Origin: Verrucomicrobia bacterium UBA3869
GTDB taxonomy: Bacteria; Verrucomicrobiota; Verrucomicrobiia; Opitutales; UBA9783
Assembly (NCBI GenBank): GCA_002392285.1
Contig: DGGR01000038.1
Coordinates: 1-32,000 of the forward strand
Length of the DNA: 32,000 nucleotides
Direction of reading: 5' to 3'
Numbering within the stretch: position 1 is the stretch's first letter; each line of letters starts with the position of its first letter. Position numbers and translations under genes: made by a program. Of the stretch, positions 16,544 to 23,238 are shown in pieces. The notes beneath the pieces were generated by a model. It had not been told where the DNA came from. It saw only the letters and a program-made list of their open reading frames with translations, and did no database searches.

Positions 16544-16768
16544 ATGTCGTTAGAAATTAATACGAATATTGGGACCAACGCTGCTTCTATTAGCGATAAT
16601 AATGGGGTAGTAGGTAGTTTTAATGGCCATATGATTACCCGTGCTGAAGGTTCAGTGGTAAGTTCATTAGATCAGAATTCCGACCTATCCATTATGCCTT
16701 CAATTAAAGCTTTAACCGAACGTCATGTGTCGGTTGTGCATCCTCAGGAAAATTTGCAATCGCGTTAA
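16544..16768 (+). CDS. Small hypothetical protein (74 aa), Ser/Asn/Ile-rich
   Basis: The ORF MSLEINTNIGTNAASISDNNG... has its own strong promoter. Its stop overlaps the radC stop by 4 nt (convergent). No family is recognised, and coding status is not proven. Confidence 0.4.
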   Translation: MSLEINTNIGTNAASISDNNGVVGSFNGHMITRAEGSVVSSLDQNSDLSIMPSIKALTERHVSVVHPQENLQSR

Positions 16769-17448
16769 GCAAGCAATCCGGATTTACGGAATGAGTAATA
16801 CGAATCATGGGTAATAATCACGTGGTCGACTAATCGAATTCCTAAAATAGAACATGCGGTTTTAAGCGCATGAGTTAAGGTGATATCGTTGGAGGATGGT
16901 TGAGGATTACCCGACGGATGATTATGGGCAATAACAAGGTTTATCGCATTATGTGCTATAGCCGATTTTAAAATCTTTTGCGGATATATATGGGTTTGAT
17001 GAGCAATGCCTTCTTCTATGCGCTCAACTCCATTGGGGAGTAATTGATAGGCACTATTTAAAAATGCGACCTCAAAGACTTCAGTTCGTAAAAATCCTAT
17101 TTTTGCGCGCCAAAATTTTATCAAGGTTGCATTATCGCGCAAAATGGGCAATTCACTGCTCTTTTGAAAAAGGTAATAATCCGATAAAGCTTTGATGATT
17201 TTGATACAGGTAATGGAATGATTCCCTAGGCCTTTAATTTCCAGCAGACGTTCGGGATTTTGCTCAATGATATTTTTGACAGTACCGAATTTTTGGATGA
17301 GTTCCTTTGCCAACGGTTTTACATCCATTCTTGGAACGCACAAAGTTAATAATAGCTCTACGATTTCGTATTCAGCAAATCCATTTAGCCCTGTTTTTAG
17401 AAACCGTTCACGCAATCGTTGCCTGTGCCCATCATGAGCATCCATCAT
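16765..17448 (-). CDS. radC: RadC-family JAB/MPN-domain protein
   Basis: The N-terminal HhH-like region GHRQRLRERF...LLEIKGLG and the C-terminal JAMM motif AHNHPSGNPQPSSNDITLT are canonical RadC. Confidence 0.9.
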   Translation of the reverse strand: MMDAHDGHRQRLRERFLKTGLNGFAEYEIVELLLTLCVPRMDVKPLAKELIQKFGTVKNIIEQNPERLLEIKGLGNHSITCIKIIKALSDYYLFQKSSELPILRDNATLIKFWRAKIGFLRTEVFEVAFLNSAYQLLPNGVERIEEGIAHQTHIYPQKILKSAIAHNAINLVIAHNHPSGNPQPSSNDITLTHALKTACSILGIRLVDHVIITHDSYYSFRKSGLLA

Positions 17449-17451
17449 CCA

Positions 17452-17478
17452 TCCCTAACCTATAGCTTTTGTTAGGGA
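17452..17478 (-). other. Hairpin abutting the radC start codon
   Basis: TCCCTAAC (17452-17459) / GTTAGGGA (17471-17478) forms an 8-bp stem with an 11-nt loop, 3 nt upstream of the radC ATG on the minus strand. Confidence 0.45.
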
Positions 17479-17499
17479 TAATCAATCTCCTAATTGTAT

Positions 17500-17517
17500 C
17501 CCCTAATCCGTTAGGGG
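17500..17517 (-). other. Hairpin just downstream of the nifJ stop (possible terminator or processing site)
   Basis: CCCCTAA (17500-17506) / TTAGGGG (17511-17517) forms a 7-bp stem with a 4-nt loop, 13 nt after the nifJ stop. No U-tract follows on the minus strand, so it is not a classical intrinsic terminator. Confidence 0.35.
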
Positions 17518-17530
17518 TGTGTAGTCAGCA

Positions 17531-20500
17531 TCATTGATTGGATGCAAGCTGCTGATAAAGTTGTACCCGACGGTTGATCCAATTCTGAGCCTCATTGACT
17601 AATTGTGCTGCGCGCTCTGGATTGGTTTTCGCCAGCATCTTAAAACGATTTTCGCGCTTTATGTAATCCGTGAAGGGGATTTTGCTGTGAACCGTATCCA
17701 ACTGTAAAGGATTACGATCGGTTAGACTTGGGTCGTACCGGTACAGAGGCCAATAACCAGAGTCAACTGCTAAGCGTTGCTGCTCTTTACTATGAACCAA
17801 ATCATAGCCATGCTCAATGCAATTGCAGTAGGCAATAATAATAGCAGGGCCAGGATAACGATTGGCTTCGAGCAATGCCTTTACTGCTTGGTTTGGATTG
17901 GCCTGCAGCGCAATTTGAGCAACATAAATGCTTCGGTACATCATGGCTAATAGACCTAAGTCCTTTTTAGCGTTGGCTTTACCTGCGGCAGCGAACTTAG
18001 CGACCGCTCCTAACGGAGTCGCTTTGGATTGCTGACCTCCGGTGTTGGAGTAAACCTCGGTGTCAAGTACCAGTACCTTTAAATTGCGGCCAGTTGCAAG
18101 CACATGGTCGAGTCCGCCGAATCCAATATCGTACGCCCATCCATCTCCTCCGACTGCCCATACCGCTTTGGTTAATAAAAAGTCAGCAATGGCCAGGAGC
18201 GCATCGGCTGATTCGTGCTTAACCGATGCTAATTGCTGCTTGAGTTGTTCAATCAACTGCCGATGGTTGGTGTATTGCTGCTCATCATTAGCAGGTTGTA
18301 ACAATTCCGAAAAATCCTGAGTTAATTGAGGTTGTAGTTCCGTTAACAATTGACGAGCAGTCTGCGTCTTTTTGTCCGCTGCTATACGCATTCCAAACCC
18401 AAATTCAGCGTTATCCTCGAATAAGGAACTGGCCCAAGCAGGTCCGCGCCCATCTGAGTTCTTCGTATAAGGGGTGGTGGGCAAATGTCCGCCATAAATA
18501 GAGGAGCAGCCGGTTGCGTTTGCCATGATGAGGCGATCCCCAAATAATTGCGTTAAAAGCTTAATGTACGCTGTTTCTCCGCATCCCGCACATGCGCCAG
18601 AGTATTCGAACAATGGCTGGCGGAACTGTGATTGTTTCGCGTCGATAGGATGATTGAATTCCGTTTGATAGGGTAGAGTGTCGAAAAATTCGGAATTTGC
18701 ATGGGTTTGGTTAAACACTTCTGCTTTATGCACCATCGTAAGCGCTTTTTTATTCGTATCGGTCCTGCTTTTAGCGGGGCAATTGGCGCTGCACAAACCA
18801 CAACCGGTACAATTTTCAGGCGATACTTGAACCGTAAACGCTTGATCGGGGTTGTTAGGTGAACGGAAGGGTGCTGACTGGAAGCCTTCGGGTGCTTGTT
18901 TTAAGCTGCTGTTATCGAAATGCTTGATGCGAATGGCAGCATGGGGACACACCAAAGAACATTGATTGCATTGGATACACAGCGAAGGATCCCACTGAGG
19001 AATAAATTGTGCCATGTTGCGTTTTTCCAAGCAGGTTGTTCCGGTTGGCCAAATTCCATGATCAGGTAATGCACTAACCGGTAGGGTATCGCCTTTTTGT
19101 TCCAATAACGCTTGCGTGACTGTTTTGATGAATTCGGATGCTCCGTGAAGCTGCAAGGTTGCGCGTTTGTGGGCGGTTTTTGATACAGCCTGAAGCGGAA
19201 TTTCGTGCAAATTGGCCAAGGCGGCATCAACCGCAGCATTGTTACTGGCTACGACCTCATCTCCCTTTTTACCATACGTTTTCTTAATGGCATTTTTGAT
19301 GGCCGCAATTGCATCGTCTTTGGGTAAAATCCCAGAGATGGCAAAGAAGCAGGTTTGCATGATGGTATTGATACGGCCACCCATGCCACACGCTTGAGCA
19401 ATTTTGTAAGCATCAATGGCGTACAGACGAATTTGCTTATCGATGAGGGTTTGTTGTATTTCCTGTGGTAACCGTTCCCAAAGTGCTTCGGGTTCATAGG
19501 GGGCGTTGAGCAAAAATACCCCACCTTTTTGCAAGGCTTTTAATATATCGTAGGTTTCGACAAATTGAAATTGGTGGCAGGCAACAAAGTTAGCGCTTTG
19601 AATTAAATAAGGCGCATGGATAGGATGGTCACTGATTCTTAAATGCGAAACGGTCATAGCACCTGATTTCTTTGAATCATAGACAAAGTAAGCTTGCGCA
19701 AACTTGCCGGTTTCCTGACCGATAATTTTAATGGTGTTTTTATTGCCGCCAACGGTTCCATCGGATCCTAGACCGAAAAAGAGCGCGCGAAAACTGCTTG
19801 GGTCTTCCAAATCCAGTGCATGGTTAACCGGAACCGATAAATGCGTAACATCATCGTTGATACCAACGGTAAATGAGGGCTTTAATTGGTTATTTTTAGC
19901 TGCCTCGTAGATTGCGTACGCCATACTAGGGTTGAATTCCTTCATACCGACCCCATAACGTCCGCCAATAACTTTTGGCATATGCGGCAACTGTCCTTGT
20001 TGGTAAGCGGCCTGCAGAGCGGATTGGATATCTAAGCATAACGGTTCTGCCATAGACCCTGATTCTTTGGTCTTGTCCAACACAATCACCTCTTTAGCGC
20101 TTACGGGCAGAGCTTTTAAGAAATAGTTTAATGAGAATGGGCGGTACAGGTGTACGTTGATTAAACCAACTTTATCACCTTGGTGTTGTCCTATGTACTC
20201 AATGGTTTGTTGAAGCGTTTCAGTTCCGGAGCACATGGCTACAAACACACGTTCTGCTTGAGGGTGACCTACGTAATTAAACGGATGATAACTGCGCCCC
20301 GTTAGCTTTTCAAAGTGCCGCATTTTAGCTTCTAAAATATCCGGCAGCTGTTGATAAAGGCTGTTGCTCTTTTCGCGACCCTGAAAATAGACATCTGGGT
20401 TTTGAGCAGTTCCACGAATGGTTGGCGCATCAGGCGTAATGCCTAGTTTTCGGAATGCCTGTAGAGCCTTTTTATCCAGCAACTGATTCAAGACCTCAGC

Positions 20501-21061
20501 TGATAACGGCTGATAGGTGTTGATTTCGTGAGACGTACGGAATCCATCAAAAAAATGGACAAAGGGGATTTTAGCCTCAAGCGTGGTTGTATGCGCCAAT
20601 GCTGCTAAATCATGGGCAGCTTGAACCGATTCTGAGGCTAATAAGGCCATACCGGTTTGGCGAATTCCCATAACATCGCTATGATCGCCAAAGATGGACA
20701 GCGCATGATTGGACAAAGCTCGCGCAGTAACGTGCATGCAAAAAGGCAACAATTCCCCGGCAATTTTATATAGGTTAGGAATCATCAACAGAAGACCTTG
20801 GGAAGCGGTAAAGGTGGTGGTTAACAGCCCACTTTGCAACGTTCCGTGCACAGCGCCAATTGCTCCGCCTTCCGACTGCATTTCAACTACTTCAGGCACT
20901 ACACCCAGTAAATTTTTTACACCTGCCGATGACCATTGGTCGCACCATTCGGCCATCGGTGAAGAGGGGGTAATAGGATAGATGGCAATTAATTCACTAA
21001 AAGCATAAGCAATGGATGCGACTGCTTCGTTGGCATCTTTGGTGCAGTTATTGGCGTTCAT
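17531..21061 (-). CDS. nifJ: Pyruvate:ferredoxin (flavodoxin) oxidoreductase, single-polypeptide NifJ/PFOR type
   Basis: The ~1175-aa ORF starts with DANEAVASIAYAFSELIAIYPITPSSPMAEW. It has two 4Fe-4S ferredoxin motifs (CIQCNQCSLVCP, CTGCGLCSANCP) and the TPP-binding block GGDGWAYDIGFGGLDH. The track start at 21100 is a TTG, and I prefer the ATG at 21061 (MNANNCTKDANEA). Confidence 0.95.
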   Translation of the reverse strand: MNANNCTKDANEAVASIAYAFSELIAIYPITPSSPMAEWCDQWSSAGVKNLLGVVPEVVEMQSEGGAIGAVHGTLQSGLLTTTFTASQGLLLMIPNLYKIAGELLPFCMHVTARALSNHALSIFGDHSDVMGIRQTGMALLASESVQAAHDLAALAHTTTLEAKIPFVHFFDGFRTSHEINTYQPLSAEVLNQLLDKKALQAFRKLGITPDAPTIRGTAQNPDVYFQGREKSNSLYQQLPDILEAKMRHFEKLTGRSYHPFNYVGHPQAERVFVAMCSGTETLQQTIEYIGQHQGDKVGLINVHLYRPFSLNYFLKALPVSAKEVIVLDKTKESGSMAEPLCLDIQSALQAAYQQGQLPHMPKVIGGRYGVGMKEFNPSMAYAIYEAAKNNQLKPSFTVGINDDVTHLSVPVNHALDLEDPSSFRALFFGLGSDGTVGGNKNTIKIIGQETGKFAQAYFVYDSKKSGAMTVSHLRISDHPIHAPYLIQSANFVACHQFQFVETYDILKALQKGGVFLLNAPYEPEALWERLPQEIQQTLIDKQIRLYAIDAYKIAQACGMGGRINTIMQTCFFAISGILPKDDAIAAIKNAIKKTYGKKGDEVVASNNAAVDAALANLHEIPLQAVSKTAHKRATLQLHGASEFIKTVTQALLEQKGDTLPVSALPDHGIWPTGTTCLEKRNMAQFIPQWDPSLCIQCNQCSLVCPHAAIRIKHFDNSSLKQAPEGFQSAPFRSPNNPDQAFTVQVSPENCTGCGLCSANCPAKSRTDTNKKALTMVHKAEVFNQTHANSEFFDTLPYQTEFNHPIDAKQSQFRQPLFEYSGACAGCGETAYIKLLTQLFGDRLIMANATGCSSIYGGHLPTTPYTKNSDGRGPAWASSLFEDNAEFGFGMRIAADKKTQTARQLLTELQPQLTQDFSELLQPANDEQQYTNHRQLIEQLKQQLASVKHESADALLAIADFLLTKAVWAVGGDGWAYDIGFGGLDHVLATGRNLKVLVLDTEVYSNTGGQQSKATPLGAVAKFAAAGKANAKKDLGLLAMMYRSIYVAQIALQANPNQAVKALLEANRYPGPAIIIAYCNCIEHGYDLVHSKEQQRLAVDSGYWPLYRYDPSLTDRNPLQLDTVHSKIPFTDYIKRENRFKMLAKTNPERAAQLVNEAQNWINRRVQLYQQLASNQ

Positions 21062-21154
21062 TATGCTTAATAATGAAGGTGATTTTACCTCAAAAATCAA
21101 TTTAAAAGTGTAGCGCTTAATGGCCTAAAATATGCTATTGGCAAGCGGCATTTT

Positions 21155-21183
21155 TTGAGACTCAGGGGAAATTCATTCATAAT
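21155..21183 (+). promoter_or_regulatory. Candidate sigma-70-type promoter for the three-gene orphan operon
   Basis: TTGAGA (21155-21160), a 17-nt spacer, then CATAAT (21178-21183). Each hexamer matches consensus 5/6. The -10 element lies ~75 nt upstream of the ATG at 21258. Confidence 0.45.
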
Positions 21184-21257
21184 CATTGATTTAAGGGTAA
21201 AAAAGCGCAATTTGAAGGGTTTTTGGGTATTTATGGCACAATGTATGCTATTCATAA

Positions 21258-21650
21258 ATGCGAATGAAAACGAATGAGATTCAACCGGAACAGATGTTGC
21301 ACCAGATAGATGAATTGAAAGAGCGTTTGGATCGTTTGCAGAATGTTTTTCATCAATTGAAATTAGATGCGTTCGATGAAAAATATTTAACAAAGGACTA
21401 TATCGATGCGTTCATAGATTTTTTGCAAAAAACTGCTCCCAACGAAAAGTATATGCTGAATGAATTAAAGTGTATGGCTTCGTTGTTGGACCAGAATAAG
21501 CAGCCGGTCGGCGTGGTTCCGGAAGGATTGAATGGTAAACAGATTCTATTAGCAGGCCATCAGGATCCGATTATGTCGGATCCTGAGAAGGCTCATAGTC
21601 AATGGACTTCTCGGTTGAAGTGCCGGATGCCCATGAAACGAATGATCTAA
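21258..21650 (+). CDS. Small hypothetical protein (130 aa) with a predicted helical, acidic N-terminal two-thirds. Chaperone-sized first gene of the operon.
   Basis: Heptad-like segment EQMLHQIDELKERLDRLQNVFHQLKL. The stop at 21648-21650 is followed 1 nt later by the next ATG. No family is recognised. An alternative start is the ATG at 21264. Confidence 0.65.
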   Translation: MRMKTNEIQPEQMLHQIDELKERLDRLQNVFHQLKLDAFDEKYLTKDYIDAFIDFLQKTAPNEKYMLNELKCMASLLDQNKQPVGVVPEGLNGKQILLAGHQDPIMSDPEKAHSQWTSRLKCRMPMKRMI

Positions 21651-21651
21651 C

Positions 21652-23232
21652 ATGGCTATTCCTCCAATTGGTATAAATCCTAATGCGGGTGTGGTTAGGG
21701 CCGTTATTAATACAAATTTAACGGAAGTTATTCAGAAATATACTGATTTAAGTTCTGAATATAAGGTCATTCAAGATAATCTGCTGAAGCAATTAAATGA
21801 TATTTTTAATACACACATCCAATACGATGCGCAGCGGCATATTTCTTTTGCCGGCGACTTTGTAAAAAATATTTGCGTCGATAGCGAAGAGGCCAACAGA
21901 GCTTATAAGTTTTACGGCCTAAAGGTCGTGAATCAATTTAACCGCCTAGGTGATTACATCCTCCAAACAGATGACTTATTGGATCAATTGAGAGCCTTGC
22001 CTGAGGATACCCCAACCGATACTGGGATAGCACATCCTAAAATTGTTGACCTGGAAATAATCGAGAAGGCTAGCAATGAGGTTATAAAAGACTTTAGCCT
22101 GCGCTGCATTTACGATTATGATGCCATGGTTTGGATGCCCTATCAGGATGATTATCGTAAGGGGGTGCATGAGCAAATTGGTCCCAAAAACGATTACCCA
22201 ACCTATGAGGATTTACGTCACGTATCGGTGGAGAAGAAACGTCATCAAATTATTCAAGAACCGATAGAGATGATGCGGGAGGTGAACCTGCTGGATCGGT
22301 TGCGTGCTATCCGTGTTTATTACCAGATGGATAACGGGAAAAGTGATGCGGTTTACCCGAATGATGCAAGGAAGGGTTATCCTGGAATCAAGGAAGAGGT
22401 GGATGCTTTTCGATGGGAAATTGAAAAGTTTTATTGGGGATATATATCAGACCGCGATGGAGCTGAATCCACGGTTCTAAAATTATTAGAAACGAAAGCA
22501 TTGGCAATCCAATCTAATTTGTCGGATCTTAAAATACAGCTAGATACGTTTTCTTTTTATTCAGACTTTTTAAACCGTGCACTAGACGTACTTCATTCTT
22601 CCACTAAAAATCAAATCATGCCATATGGGGTTCGTTTCGCATTAACGTATTTGTGCGGTGGCCCAATGTATAGCTTGTTTAAAGATCAGGGGGTGCCATG
22701 CCTGGTTATTAAAAGCATTGTTAATGATACCTTTAGTCTAATTAAAGCTGATAAAGAAGGGATGAATTTTTTCTTTGGAGATGATGGAACTACCAAAAAT
22801 TATAGAGGTAACGCTGCTTGTGATGCCCTATGGATGAACAATCGATGGGTTATGAACATAGCAGGTGCTGTAGTCCCCAATGCTTATTGGTATTCGAAAT
22901 CACGTAATGCAGATGGAATCTTTAACAAAGAAACAAAAAACTTGGTTGATCCCTTTGTTTTACCCAAAAAAATTCAGTGTGAATTGGTAACACCTGAAAG
23001 TGTAAAAGCTTATCAAGATTTCAATACAACAGACAAAGTAACCGATGATGTTATTAAGTCGTGTCAGGAAGCTTTGCAGTCGAAGGTAAATTTTTGCACC
23101 CAATCGGTTGAGGCATTACATACCGATATCGATTATGTTTATCAAAAAATGACGATGTTTGATACCGCCAATAATACCTTTAATACTTGGATGACTGGCG
23201 TATGTGAACGCATTGTACAACGTATAAGTTAA
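21652..23232 (+). CDS. Hypothetical 526-aa protein, paralogue A of a tandem pair (function unknown)
   Basis: Long ORF collinear with the next gene. Shared blocks (A/B) are NLLDRLRAIRVYYQ/NLLSRLEFIHFYYK, KFYWGYISDRDGA/LFYIGYLVDKFGA, ALAIQSNLSDL/VRALRSNLELL, FALTYLCGGPMYSLFKDQG/LALNFLLSNNMYCLFEDKSG, NFFFGDDGTTKN/RFFLGEDGTANGN and DPFVLPKKIQCELV/SPFKLPPKLTCTNV. No TM segment or signal peptide. Confidence 0.9.
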   Translation: MAIPPIGINPNAGVVRAVINTNLTEVIQKYTDLSSEYKVIQDNLLKQLNDIFNTHIQYDAQRHISFAGDFVKNICVDSEEANRAYKFYGLKVVNQFNRLGDYILQTDDLLDQLRALPEDTPTDTGIAHPKIVDLEIIEKASNEVIKDFSLRCIYDYDAMVWMPYQDDYRKGVHEQIGPKNDYPTYEDLRHVSVEKKRHQIIQEPIEMMREVNLLDRLRAIRVYYQMDNGKSDAVYPNDARKGYPGIKEEVDAFRWEIEKFYWGYISDRDGAESTVLKLLETKALAIQSNLSDLKIQLDTFSFYSDFLNRALDVLHSSTKNQIMPYGVRFALTYLCGGPMYSLFKDQGVPCLVIKSIVNDTFSLIKADKEGMNFFFGDDGTTKNYRGNAACDALWMNNRWVMNIAGAVVPNAYWYSKSRNADGIFNKETKNLVDPFVLPKKIQCELVTPESVKAYQDFNTTDKVTDDVIKSCQEALQSKVNFCTQSVEALHTDIDYVYQKMTMFDTANNTFNTWMTGVCERIVQRIS

Positions 23233-23238
23233 TATAAT

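Noticed and set aside
17452-17517. TTAGGG/CCCTAA units, which resemble a eukaryotic telomere repeat
   Set aside because: There are only four units, arranged as two inverted pairs forming hairpins inside a bacterial intergenic spacer. They are not a tandem array, so no telomeric or eukaryotic interpretation is warranted.
18060-20981. Nested ORFs inside nifJ (18060-18320, 18553-18801, 18901-19239, 19212-19397, 19249-19524, 20709-20981)
   Set aside because: The PFOR frame is continuous with conserved motifs along its whole length, so these are frame shadows.
21097-21393. 98-aa minus-strand ORF spanning the nifJ upstream region
   Set aside because: It overlaps the candidate promoter and the first 45 codons of the plus-strand 130-aa gene. 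It has no SD or recognisable motif, and is most likely a chance ORF in AT-rich sequence.
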